The notes under the pieces were generated by a model. That model was not told the DNA's origin. It saw only the letters and a program-made list of their open reading frames with translations, and did no database searches. A stretch of 64,000 bases of DNA, from the NCBI GenBank assembly GCA_021158245.1, contig JAGGVB010000065.1, positions 6,757-70,756 on the forward strand, in the 5' to 3' direction. Each line of letters opens with the position of its first letter. Position 1 is the first letter of the stretch. Of the stretch, positions 51,098 to 60,632 are shown in pieces. The position numbers and the translations under genes are program-made. The stretch comes from a bacterium (GTDB lineage: Bacteria; Zhuqueibacterota; QNDG01).

Positions 51098-52984
51098 TCA
51101 ACTATTTCCGTAAATATCGTACCACTGTTCAAATACCATAAGAGCCCATAATTTATGGCTGTGATTTGCCCTTCCGTCAATGTGTTCTTTCATCATTCTT
51201 TCAACAAAGTCTGTTTTGAAAAATCCCTGCTGCTCAAGCCTTGTACTGTCAAGAAGATCTGTCATCATATTTTTTAAATCTTTACGTATCCAGTTTTTAA
51301 TAGGTATGCTGAATCCCTGTTTGTCCCGATTCCTGATTTCATCAGGGAGATTGTTCCAGAAAGTTTTGTTAAGTATCACTTTTGTTGCAGCATTTCCCAT
51401 TTTAAACTGCGGAGGAATTGAGAATGCAAATTCAACAACTCTGTGATCAAGATACGGGACTCTCGCTTCAAGTGAATTCGCCATTGACATACGGTCAACC
51501 TTTACAAGTATATTATCAATCAGATATGTGTTGAGATCAATAAAACCGATGCGTGTGACATCATCAATATCCATTGAACTGCAATTGAATTTACGGATAA
51601 AATCGTAACGGTCTGTTTGTGCAAGCTCAGACAGAATTCCTTCTGACAGAAGGCCTGCTCTCTCCTTTTCCCTGAGAAATACCATCCATCTCGCCTGATA
51701 CAGGTCTTCCGGCAATAGTGTCCCTTCAACAAATCTTTTAAAAGCATTAATAGCTCCCTTTTTCTTTTTCGTAGGAGGGAATACATTTGCAGCAGGGGCT
51801 ATTAAATTTTTTCTGATAAAACCCGGAATTTTACTGTAATAGTTCCGGGCAAACATGTGTGCTCTGTAAGTATCATACCCTCCGAAAAGCTCGTCTCCTC
51901 CGTCTCCGGATAAACTTACAGTAACATACTCTCTTGCCATTTTTGATACAAGATAAGTGGGGAATATGGAAAAATCCCCGAATGGTTCATCAAGCTGCTT
52001 TATGAGTTTTTCAGTCAGTTCAAGGGCATCCGGCTGAATAATAAATTCATGATGCTCGGTATTGTACTTTTTTGCAACCGCTCTTGCATAATTCAATTCA
52101 TTGTAGGAAGCCTCTTTAAATCCTATAGAAAATGTTTTTACCCGGTTTCTGCCTGCTTTTGCCATAAGAGAGACAAGTATCGAAGAATCGAGCCCCCCTG
52201 ATAAAAATGCCCCGAGAGGGACATCTGATAAAAGCCTGAGTTTTACTGAATCCGCGAGAAGATAAGAAAGCTTTTCTTCTGCCTGGCTCATCGTCATATT
52301 TTCTTCCCGGGGTATAACCTGCCAGTATCTGTTGCCTGATATTCTTCCATTTTCATATTTCATCCAGTGAGCAGGTTCTAACTTTCGGATTTTACGGAAT
52401 ATTGATCGCGGTGCAGGTATGTATTCAAATGCAAGGAAATTATCCAGAGCCTGAAGATCTATTTCACGGTCAACTTCAGGATGCTTAAGTATGGCTTTAA
52501 TTTCCGAAGCGAAAAGTATTTTATTTCCATCTTCGTAGACATAAAAAGGTTTAATCCCCATCCTGTCCCTTGCAAGAAAAAGGGATTCGTTTTTTCTGTC
52601 CCATATTGCAAAAGCAAACATACCGTTAAGCTTTGAACATACTTCTTCGCCCCACTCTTCGTATCCGTGAATGATTGCTTCAGTATCGCTTTTTGTCCTG
52701 AAAATATGCCCTTTTGCTTCAAGCTCCTGTCTCAGTCCATTGTGATTATAGATTTCACCGTTAAAAACAATTGTTTTTGACCCGTCTTCATTTGATATAG
52801 GCTGGTGCCCTGTAGAGAGATCAATAATAGAAAGCCTGCGCATCCCCAGGCCGACATTTTCCGAAACAGAAATACCCTGATCGTCAGGGCCTCTGTGCAC
52901 GATTGTACTGCACATTAAAGCAAGAATCGCTTTGCCTGCCTGTTTATTCCTGTCCTTGTAAAGAACTCCGCAAATTCCGCACAT
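51098..52984 (-). CDS. asnB: asparagine synthase (glutamine-hydrolysing), canonical
   Basis: N-terminal MCGICG (Cys2 nucleophile), SGGLDSS PP-loop, 628 aa. Confidence 0.85.
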   Translation of the reverse strand: MCGICGVLYKDRNKQAGKAILALMCSTIVHRGPDDQGISVSENVGLGMRRLSIIDLSTGHQPISNEDGSKTIVFNGEIYNHNGLRQELEAKGHIFRTKSDTEAIIHGYEEWGEEVCSKLNGMFAFAIWDRKNESLFLARDRMGIKPFYVYEDGNKILFASEIKAILKHPEVDREIDLQALDNFLAFEYIPAPRSIFRKIRKLEPAHWMKYENGRISGNRYWQVIPREENMTMSQAEEKLSYLLADSVKLRLLSDVPLGAFLSGGLDSSILVSLMAKAGRNRVKTFSIGFKEASYNELNYARAVAKKYNTEHHEFIIQPDALELTEKLIKQLDEPFGDFSIFPTYLVSKMAREYVTVSLSGDGGDELFGGYDTYRAHMFARNYYSKIPGFIRKNLIAPAANVFPPTKKKKGAINAFKRFVEGTLLPEDLYQARWMVFLREKERAGLLSEGILSELAQTDRYDFIRKFNCSSMDIDDVTRIGFIDLNTYLIDNILVKVDRMSMANSLEARVPYLDHRVVEFAFSIPPQFKMGNAATKVILNKTFWNNLPDEIRNRDKQGFSIPIKNWIRKDLKNMMTDLLDSTRLEQQGFFKTDFVERMMKEHIDGRANHSHKLWALMVFEQWYDIYGNS

Positions 52985-52985
52985 T

Positions 52986-54167
52986 CTATAATCCTTTTTT
53001 CAATGCATTTTCAACTGAGCTCTCTAATTTTTTCCTGTAGATTTTATAACTGTACTTTTCATCAGCAAGTTTTTTTGCATTCATTGCAAGCTCTTTGCCC
53101 AACGACGGATTATTTATGAGGCCTGTAATACCCTGTGCAAAATCTTCCGGTATAGGATCTTTGAGAACTGCTACACTTTCATCCATAACCTGTGTATGCG
53201 TAAGCATTCTGGTTGCAACAATTGGTATACCGGATTTAAGATAAGAATATATTTTTAAAGGTGTGTTTGTCCCCCTGGTACGGGGAGATAAAAGAATTTG
53301 TGCACACATCATGTAGCTTTTTATCTTGTCAGGAGAAACCTGGCCTGTAAAAATAAAATTCCTTTCAACTCCTCTGTCTGCCGCCATTTTTTTATACTGG
53401 TCCACCTGATCCTCATGTCCTCCCACAACAAGAAAAACAATCTCTTTCTTATCTTTTAAAACAAGCCCGGCACTTTTTATTAAAAGGTCAATACCCTGAT
53501 AGGGCTCAAGAGTGCCTGCATAAAGAGCTGTTACTTTGCCCTGTAATCCATGCTTTTTCTTTATCTCTTCGGAAAAATCTTTTTCTCCGAATATCAGTTC
53601 GTAATCAACTACATTTTCTATAAGAAACGATCCCTTTTCAGGCTCAATGGAAAGCACATGATTATACAGATCAGGACAGATCGTTATTATAGAATCTGCA
53701 TTGGACAGCACTAAGTTTTCAAGCCTTTCAAAAACAGAAACAAGAAAACGAGATTTGGAAAACTGGAAATTGGAAAGCTGCTGCGGCAGGCTGGAGTGCA
53801 TATCATAAATATGGGGGACCCTGAATATCTTTGCAAAAAGAGTTCCCCAAAATCCTGCCTCTTCATGGGTGTGGATTAAATCATAATGCCCTGTCATAAT
53901 AAATCTAAAAGAATATGCCGCAAGTACAATATCAAGGGGTACCTTTTTAATTGACGGGCCGATTTTTATTTTTTTTATTCCGGGCATTCGGGGAATCCGT
54001 ATAATACGGACTCCCGGGAAATTAACCTCTTCTCCGATAGGGTAGGTTAAAAGGTCCACCTTGTAACCCATATCGGAATAAGTTTTTAACCTTCCGACCA
54101 CACTAAAGGGTGTGCCTCTCGGTTCAAAAATAGGTTCAGGTGCTATCATCAATATTTTTTTACTCAT
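52986..54167 (-). CDS. glycosyltransferase family 4
   Basis: GT-B fold, 393 aa. C-terminal GT4 motif region (YMMCAQILLSPRTRG...GIPIVAT). Confidence 0.75.
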   Translation of the reverse strand: MSKKILMIAPEPIFEPRGTPFSVVGRLKTYSDMGYKVDLLTYPIGEEVNFPGVRIIRIPRMPGIKKIKIGPSIKKVPLDIVLAAYSFRFIMTGHYDLIHTHEEAGFWGTLFAKIFRVPHIYDMHSSLPQQLSNFQFSKSRFLVSVFERLENLVLSNADSIITICPDLYNHVLSIEPEKGSFLIENVVDYELIFGEKDFSEEIKKKHGLQGKVTALYAGTLEPYQGIDLLIKSAGLVLKDKKEIVFLVVGGHEDQVDQYKKMAADRGVERNFIFTGQVSPDKIKSYMMCAQILLSPRTRGTNTPLKIYSYLKSGIPIVATRMLTHTQVMDESVAVLKDPIPEDFAQGITGLINNPSLGKELAMNAKKLADEKYSYKIYRKKLESSVENALKKGL

Positions 54168-54244
54168 TTATTTGACAGGCCGGCTTTATTTTTCACCGGC
54201 CTCCTCCGAAATTTTATTCCGTATCGGTTTTCTCCTGAATAAAA

Positions 54245-55702
54245 TCACACTGCCCCGTACCCTGTAAGCACTACAAACACGGTACGAATAAGTATTTTAA
54301 AATCGAGCCACAGAGAGAAATTGTCTATATACTTCATATCCATTTCCATCCATCTCTCAAAATCTATCTTATTTCTGCCGCTCACCTGCCATATACATGT
54401 TAAGCCGGGTTTCATACTCAGACGCCTTCTGTGCCACACTTCATAAAGCTCAACTTCTGCAGGCAGAGGCGGCCGCGGGCCTACAAGGCTCATATCTCCT
54501 CTAAGTACATTTAAAAGCTGCGGGAGTTCATCAATACTCAGCCTGCGCATAAATCTTCCAAAAGGTGTTACTCTCGGGTCTCTCTTCATTTTAAAAACAG
54601 GGCCCTTCATCTCATTCTGTTCCTGCAGTTTTCTCTTTCTCATTTCCGCACCTACAATCATGGAACGAAATTTATAAAGCACAAATCTCCTGCCGTTCTG
54701 GCCGCATCTGATCTGTTTATAAAACACAGGCCCTTTAGAGCTCAACTTGATCACTGCTGCAGTGAAAAAAAATACAGGGGACAGAATAATCAATGATAAA
54801 GAAGAGACTGTAATATCCAAAACCCGTTTTAAAAAAAGCTGCCACTCTTCAGCAACTGTGGTTTGCAGCAATATAAGGGGTATCCCTGCAAAATCAGATA
54901 ATCTGAGCCTTGCAACCTTAGGTTCAAACAGATCAACCGTAATTGCTGTTACAACCCCTTCATCTTCACAATGATGAATCGCATCTTCAACCCGATTGAG
55001 CCATAATCTCGGCACAACAAAAATAACCCTGTCAATCACAGATTCTCTTAAAATCCTCGGAATATCTCTTATTCGCCCTATTACCTCATAACCCATTACA
55101 CTCGTTCCGAGCAGTTTAGGGTCATCATCAACAAGCCCGACAATCTTCAGCCCCCACTTGGCGTGATCGTGAACACTTTTAATAAATTTCTGCGCTCTCG
55201 GGCCGGTACCTACAATAAGCATATTTACAAGATTATAACCCTGGTTGAATGAGTAGTCAAGTATCCAGCGCCAAAATGCTTTTTCAAATCCCAGAAAAAA
55301 GAAAGCTGTAACTGCAAAAACTCCTACATAAAACCTGCTTGTAAGAGTCATCTTTAAAAGGAATATTCCGCTGCCCATTACTACAATGGAGAGCAGCCCC
55401 GTACGAAATACCCTCCACATTATTTCTACAAATGGCTTAGTACGAAAATTCATATAAACGCCGTCAGCAGACATAAGCCATACCCAGGCAGGAACGGATA
55501 TAAGCACAAGCCAGAGATGATTTCTTAAAAAATAAAATGCACCATTCAAAGTCATGTCAGGGGCGAATGCCATTGGCCCTAAATCCATGTACTGCCTGAA
55601 TCCCATGGTTATAAAAAATGCAGCTCCGAAAGCTATTATAATTGCAACAGCATCAGAAAGCTTCATTAATCTTATAAGAAAAATTTCCTTATCTCTTACC
55701 AT
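54245..55702 (-). CDS. polyprenyl-phosphate hexose-1-phosphate transferase (WbaP/CpsE-like initiating sugar transferase)
   Basis: 5 TM segments, a CoA-binding-like middle domain, and the C-terminal bacterial sugar transferase motif (YKFRSM...[21 protein letters not shown]). Confidence 0.85.
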   Translation of the reverse strand: MVRDKEIFLIRLMKLSDAVAIIIAFGAAFFITMGFRQYMDLGPMAFAPDMTLNGAFYFLRNHLWLVLISVPAWVWLMSADGVYMNFRTKPFVEIMWRVFRTGLLSIVVMGSGIFLLKMTLTSRFYVGVFAVTAFFFLGFEKAFWRWILDYSFNQGYNLVNMLIVGTGPRAQKFIKSVHDHAKWGLKIVGLVDDDPKLLGTSVMGYEVIGRIRDIPRILRESVIDRVIFVVPRLWLNRVEDAIHHCEDEGVVTAITVDLFEPKVARLRLSDFAGIPLILLQTTVAEEWQLFLKRVLDITVSSLSLIILSPVFFFTAAVIKLSSKGPVFYKQIRCGQNGRRFVLYKFRSMIVGAEMRKRKLQEQNEMKGPVFKMKRDPRVTPFGRFMRRLSIDELPQLLNVLRGDMSLVGPRPPLPAEVELYEVWHRRRLSMKPGLTCIWQVSGRNKIDFERWMEMDMKYIDNFSLWLDFKILIRTVFVVLTGYGAV

Positions 55703-55705
55703 GGG

Positions 55706-56662
55706 TTATTTCCCGGTCAAAGTCTTCTTAAACCACTCTGCGAACCTAACTATTCCTTCTTCTATTGGAACAGACGGATTATATCCCAATTCTTTTTTAG
55801 CTTTTGACACATCAGCATAAGTCAAATCCACATCGCCAGGCTGCATGGGAAGATACTCAATATTTGCCTTTTTACCAACAGCATTTTCAATGAGAGAAAT
55901 AAGATAGCCAAGTTCAACAGTACGTGATTCTCCAAGGTTGTAAATATTATAGCCCTTGCATTTATCAAGGGAACGTACTATGCCGTCAACTATATCTGAA
56001 ATAAAAGTATAATCCCTTTTTGTTGTTCCGTCTCCATAAATAGGTATCCTTTTACCTTCGCTTATAAGCCTTGTAAATTTGTGTATTGCCATGTCAGGGC
56101 GCTGTCTCGGGCCGTATACGGTAAAAAAACGCAGGCATGAGACTGATATTGAATAAATGGAGTGATAAGTATATGCAAGAAGCTCACACGCTTTTTTTGT
56201 TGCAGCATAGGGAGAAATCGGGAAATCAACATTATCTGATTCCGAAAAAGGGTGTTTTTTATTATTTCCGTAAACAGAAGAAGATGAAGCCAAAACAAAT
56301 TTATTTACATTATATCGCACACTTGCATCAAGCAGAGTAACAGTACCTTCAATATTTACTTTCTGATAAAGCTTTGGATTCTCAATAGAAGGCCTGACAC
56401 CCGCCCTCGCAGCAAGATGAATTACCGAATCAAACTTATGTTTGTTAAAAATATCTTCAATAAAAGAAACATCACAAATATCACCTTCTTCAAGAAGATA
56501 ATTTCCGCTGCCCATAGCGTTTTTAATGTTGTGCCGTTTTATTAAAGGATCGTAATAATTATTGAAATTGTCAATGCATACAACAAAATGCCCTTCTTTA
56601 AGAAGATACTCTGTTAAATGCGATCCAATAAACCCTGCACCTCCGGTGACAAGAATTTTCAT
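55706..56662 (-). CDS. NAD-dependent epimerase, UDP-glucuronate 4-epimerase-like
   Basis: VTGGAGFIGSHL followed by DNFNNYYDPLIKRHNI (the DNxNDYYD...K..R pattern of UDP-GlcA epimerases), and YxxxK (YAATK). Confidence 0.75.
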   Translation of the reverse strand: MKILVTGGAGFIGSHLTEYLLKEGHFVVCIDNFNNYYDPLIKRHNIKNAMGSGNYLLEEGDICDVSFIEDIFNKHKFDSVIHLAARAGVRPSIENPKLYQKVNIEGTVTLLDASVRYNVNKFVLASSSSVYGNNKKHPFSESDNVDFPISPYAATKKACELLAYTYHSIYSISVSCLRFFTVYGPRQRPDMAIHKFTRLISEGKRIPIYGDGTTKRDYTFISDIVDGIVRSLDKCKGYNIYNLGESRTVELGYLISLIENAVGKKANIEYLPMQPGDVDLTYADVSKAKKELGYNPSVPIEEGIVRFAEWFKKTLTGK

Positions 56663-56674
56663 TAATCGGCCTCT

Positions 56675-58990
56675 TTAATATCTGTAATAACTGTATCCTT
56701 CATGAGCCACATCAACACCTGCACAATTTAATATTGCTCCCACTATTGTTGTTTCTACGGTTTCGAACAGCTCTAATTTTCTTTTTATATTTTCCTTATT
56801 CGTCATTCCAGACCTTATAAGTACGGCCACTCCGTCAACAAGAGTACCGATTATAACCGCGTCTGTAGCAGCCATCAGCGGGGGGGTGTCAAAAATGATA
56901 AAATCAAAATCTTTTGATACCTCTTCGATAAAATCTTTCATCTGCTGGGATCCTAATAATTCCGAAGGATTAGGGATAAGCGTTCCGCATGTAATAAGTG
57001 AAAGATTAGGTATGTACGTCTCATGCATAACATTTGACAGAGTTGCAATCCCAGTAAGATAGTTTGTCAATCCGGGTTTTTTTGAACAGTCGAAAGTGTT
57101 ATGAAGCACGCCGCGCCTTAAATCAGCATCAATTAAAAGTGTTTTTGATTTCTGTTGTGCTGTTGTAATTGCAAGATTGGCCGCTGTAAAAGACTTACCC
57201 TCCCCTGGTGCTGCACTGCCTATAACGAGGCTCTTAATTCTACCGAATTTTTTAGAATAAAACAAACTTGTACGAAGGCTCCTGTATGCCTCCCCAACCG
57301 GCGTGGGTGAATAATCATGCGTAACTATCTGGGAGCTGATACTCTTTGCCTTTTCGTCATCGGGCAGCTGAAAATCTTTAAATTTAACTGTAGGTATAAC
57401 ACCCAATATAGACAAATTCAGATAACGTTTTACATCTTCAGGGTATTTAATGCTTTTGTCGAGAATCTCCTTTGTCAAGACTATTCCGATACCAAGAAAG
57501 AACCCGAGCAGAACACCGATTATTGCTTTAAGCTTTTTACTTCCTGTTATCGGGGCTGTAGGAGGCACAGCCGGGTCAAGAACAGAAACCTGTTCGGAAA
57601 CACTTACAGCAGAGATCTGAGCCTCTTTATACCTTTTATAAACCATATTGTAAAGTTCTTCATTTGTATTTCTTTCCCGTGTAAGTTTTATTAATTCTAT
57701 CTCTTCAGCAGGAAGTGATTCCAACAGACTCTTCAGCTTCTGAATATTTGCATTCATCTCCTTATTTTGCCGGTCCAGATCTTTAACCTTTTTTTCCGCA
57801 AGTTCATAAATCCGGTTCTCAAGATTTGATATACGGCCGCTTATTTCAATAACATAGGGATTCTGTACCGGAGCACCGTTTTTTATCAGTTCACCTCTCG
57901 CTCTGTCAGAATCTAGAAGCTGCTGGTTTATCATTGACATTGCCGGATCATTCTGGAATACCGGAAGCTGAGGTATCTGTCTGTAAACATAACGTGCTGA
58001 GACACCGGTTGTAATATCAGTAACATTCGGATCAAGCTTTTGCAAAAGCATCTCAAGCTCTCTTTTAGCCAGGTTATTTTGTTTTATTTTAACAGCAAGA
58101 TCGTTAAGTGTGCTTACAGTATTTTCATTCTGTTTTGTAAGGCTTATCGGGTGCTGTATTCTAAACCGTTTTAAAGTATAATCGGATTTGTTTAACTCTG
58201 CTTTAGCCACCTTCAGCTCTTTTTTAAGGTGGCTGCTGATAAGTGTTGACTCCTCCCTGTTCATTGCCATACTTTTTTCAACAAAAATATTTGCCAGCCT
58301 GTTAACAGTCTGGCTTACAAGTACAGGATTAGTATCACGTAATATAATTTTCATTACATTGCCTGACCTGCTGTTTATTATCTTTTCTCTTGATCTTAAA
58401 TTATTAACTGTGGACTGAAACGGATTTATATAAAAATGAATAACTGACCTCCTGCCCACTATATCCTCTTTCAGTGAAAATCTTAACCCGTTATAAAATA
58501 CCGTATCCTGAATAAAAGATGAGGCATGCAGGCTGTCAAGCCGAACTCCATTGTAATAGAAAGAACAATATCCGGAAGGATAAAAAATTAATTTATAATC
58601 TCCGGGGACAGGCCTCCTTGTTGTTGAAAAATGGGAAAAGACTTCATGCCGTTTTAAAGGTGCCAGATGGTCTGATTTTTCCATCTTTAAAGTAAGCCCT
58701 AAATCCGCTGTTACTTCCTCTGCAAACCTCCTGCTTTTAAGTCTTAAAATTCTATTGTCTATTTTAGTAGAAGAAATATTTTTTACATTATCAAAAGTTA
58801 TCAAAGCTGTAGTTTCATAAAGAGGCGGCTGCTTTTTTACATAGATAAGCCATGGCACGGATACCAATATTGTAACAAGGCCTATAAACCACCATCCCTT
58901 TACAAGAGCCGAAATATATCTTTTTAGATCTACACCACCCTGCTCAGCCTGCTGTTCTTCAAAAAAATCTTCCATAAAAACTGTCTCCAT
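56675..58990 (-). CDS. polysaccharide co-polymerase / tyrosine autokinase (Wzc-like)
   Basis: N-terminal TM, periplasmic coiled-coil domain, second TM, and a C-terminal P-loop ATPase (GSAAPGEGKSFTAANLA). Confidence 0.8.
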   Translation of the reverse strand: METVFMEDFFEEQQAEQGGVDLKRYISALVKGWWFIGLVTILVSVPWLIYVKKQPPLYETTALITFDNVKNISSTKIDNRILRLKSRRFAEEVTADLGLTLKMEKSDHLAPLKRHEVFSHFSTTRRPVPGDYKLIFYPSGYCSFYYNGVRLDSLHASSFIQDTVFYNGLRFSLKEDIVGRRSVIHFYINPFQSTVNNLRSREKIINSRSGNVMKIILRDTNPVLVSQTVNRLANIFVEKSMAMNREESTLISSHLKKELKVAKAELNKSDYTLKRFRIQHPISLTKQNENTVSTLNDLAVKIKQNNLAKRELEMLLQKLDPNVTDITTGVSARYVYRQIPQLPVFQNDPAMSMINQQLLDSDRARGELIKNGAPVQNPYVIEISGRISNLENRIYELAEKKVKDLDRQNKEMNANIQKLKSLLESLPAEEIELIKLTRERNTNEELYNMVYKRYKEAQISAVSVSEQVSVLDPAVPPTAPITGSKKLKAIIGVLLGFFLGIGIVLTKEILDKSIKYPEDVKRYLNLSILGVIPTVKFKDFQLPDDEKAKSISSQIVTHDYSPTPVGEAYRSLRTSLFYSKKFGRIKSLVIGSAAPGEGKSFTAANLAITTAQQKSKTLLIDADLRRGVLHNTFDCSKKPGLTNYLTGIATLSNVMHETYIPNLSLITCGTLIPNPSELLGSQQMKDFIEEVSKDFDFIIFDTPPLMAATDAVIIGTLVDGVAVLIRSGMTNKENIKRKLELFETVETTIVGAILNCAGVDVAHEGYSYYRY

Positions 58991-59025
58991 TCAGTACAAA
59001 CATAATATTAACAGGAATCAACATT

Positions 59026-59739
59026 TTAATAATTTCTGGATTTTAACCTTAAATACAACAGCAGTACCGATGCTGCCAAATTTATAATACCAACTAAAAA
59101 TGCTATACTAAGCTCATTCTTCCTTGGTGCAATAATCTGATCTCCGGATTCAATACCAACCTCTTCAAGAGAAATCCCTGCCTCAAAACTTTCAAGAAGT
59201 TTTTTAATAACAACCTTCCCCCCCCTCTCAGCTCTTAAACCCTCAAGATTGCAGTTGCTTGTCGGGCCTCCTGCCAAAGCAACAACATCCCACAAAGAAC
59301 TTGAAGGGTCAACTCTGTACGCTCCAGGCCTGTTAAAAGCACCCTGAAGAGTAAGGCGTATTAACGGCCTGATACTGACATAAGGATGGTTCAATTGAGA
59401 GGAGTATTTATCAATCAGAATCTGTTCAAGTTCATAAACAGTAAGCCCCTTAATCCTTACCTGTCCGATAAGTGGCATGATTATATTGCCGTCTGGTTTA
59501 ATCGTATAATCTCCGCTGATATCTCTGTTCTGTTTTTGCCCCTGGAAAAGTTCCCATATTTGAATTCGGACTGCATCGCCTGGCTGAAAAATTGTCAATG
59601 ATCGGGCAGAATTCCTCCACTGTGAACTCCTCTCCGCCTGTGCAAACAGAGCACTTGCATTTATAAACAATAGTACACCTATTATCAGCATAACTCTTTT
59701 AATAACAAGGCTGTTACATGTCTTAAATTTCATATTCAT
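59026..59739 (-). CDS. Wza-like outer-membrane polysaccharide export protein
   Basis: Signal peptide (LLFINASALFAQA), Poly_export and SLBB-like motifs (YTIKPDGNIIMPLIGQVRIKGLTVYELEQ). Start placed at the Met at 59739/59733, because the track ORF's 5' extension runs through the terminator hairpin. Confidence 0.75.
   Translation of the reverse strand: MNMKFKTCNSLVIKRVMLIIGVLLFINASALFAQAERSSQWRNSARSLTIFQPGDAVRIQIWELFQGQKQNRDISGDYTIKPDGNIIMPLIGQVRIKGLTVYELEQILIDKYSSQLNHPYVSIRPLIRLTLQGAFNRPGAYRVDPSSSLWDVVALAGGPTSNCNLEGLRAERGGKVVIKKLLESFEAGISLEEVGIESGDQIIAPRKNELSIAFLVGIINLAASVLLLYLRLKSRNY
59218..59225 (-). repeat. G8 homopolymer tract inside the wza-like coding region
   Basis: Eight consecutive C on plus. 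The coding strand reads GAG AGG GGG GGG AAG (E-R-G-G-K). Confidence 0.9.
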
Positions 59740-59833
59740 CAATCTATCCTTTCTATCCACAATCCAAACTTTTTCTAAATAAGAATAAAATTGCAAATAA
59801 CATACCATCATTACAATCTTGACAATTTGTTCA

Positions 59834-59859
59834 TAAAAAAGCATCCGCTCTGCGGATGC
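59834..59859 (-). terminator. rho-independent terminator
   Basis: On the minus strand, GCATCCGC-AGA-GCGGATGC is a perfect GC-rich 8-bp stem with a 3-nt loop, followed by TTTTTTAT. It lies 27 nt downstream of the STAS gene stop. Confidence 0.65.
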
Positions 59860-59886
59860 TGATAAAACTATCAATACATATTGCTT

Positions 59887-60594
59887 CTACCTTGAACGAT
59901 AGAAGCGGTAACGTTTCTCCTTCGTTTCCAGATTTAAATTTTTAAGTATGGAACGGAGTTTAAACAGTCCAATCCTGATATTGCTGTATTTCCCTGATCT
60001 GAGCGTATCTCTGATATGCCAAATACTTGCCAATGGCTGCTCAACAACAATCTCTTTTATTTTTTGTTCCAGGGGAGAATCACTATTCATATCATGAAAA
60101 CCAGCACCCTGCTTTGAAGATTGTTCCGCAAAATCCAAATCTTCCGAATGCCTCTTTTGAAGTCTGCTCAACAGATCCTTTTCAGTTGCAATAACAGGTT
60201 CACCTGCTTCTGAAATATCTATCCCGCGAATAATATCAAACTCATCAACCGCTTCTTCAACTGTCTCATACGAATTGAGAATCTTGTTAAATTCAAGCAT
60301 TTCAAAAACTTCAAACACCTCGGGCATCATTTGTGCAACTTTTAAATCTCCGCCATTTTGACGGATATTTTTAATCTCTCCCACAAAGACACCCCATCCT
60401 GCACTGCTGATATATGACACATTGCTTAAATCAGAAACAATAAGATAACGATTCTTGTCGTACAATGACTGGAATACTCCGGCAAGTTCCTGACATGTTG
60501 CAGTATCCACACAACCTTTGATTTCCATTAATGCTATATCAAGACGCGAGCCGACAAAAGAGACTGAAACTTCAATACCCTGAGCTTCCATCAT
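59887..60594 (-). CDS. STAS-domain protein (anti-sigma-factor antagonist-like) with C-terminal extension
   Basis: N-terminal ~110 aa fit the SpoIIAA/STAS fold pattern (DLSNVSYISSAGWGVF). The ~120-aa C-terminal region has no assigned function. Confidence 0.6.
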   Translation of the reverse strand: MMEAQGIEVSVSFVGSRLDIALMEIKGCVDTATCQELAGVFQSLYDKNRYLIVSDLSNVSYISSAGWGVFVGEIKNIRQNGGDLKVAQMMPEVFEVFEMLEFNKILNSYETVEEAVDEFDIIRGIDISEAGEPVIATEKDLLSRLQKRHSEDLDFAEQSSKQGAGFHDMNSDSPLEQKIKEIVVEQPLASIWHIRDTLRSGKYSNIRIGLFKLRSILKNLNLETKEKRYRFYRSR

Positions 60595-60632
60595 ATCAAA
60601 ACTCTCCTTGCCGGTGCAAAATAATATTAAAC

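Noticed and set aside
59740-59874. N-terminal 45-codon extension of the wza-like ORF given in the track
   Set aside because: The extension runs straight through the GC-rich terminator hairpin at 59841-59859 and lacks a signal peptide. The Met at 59739/59733 is followed by a proper signal sequence.
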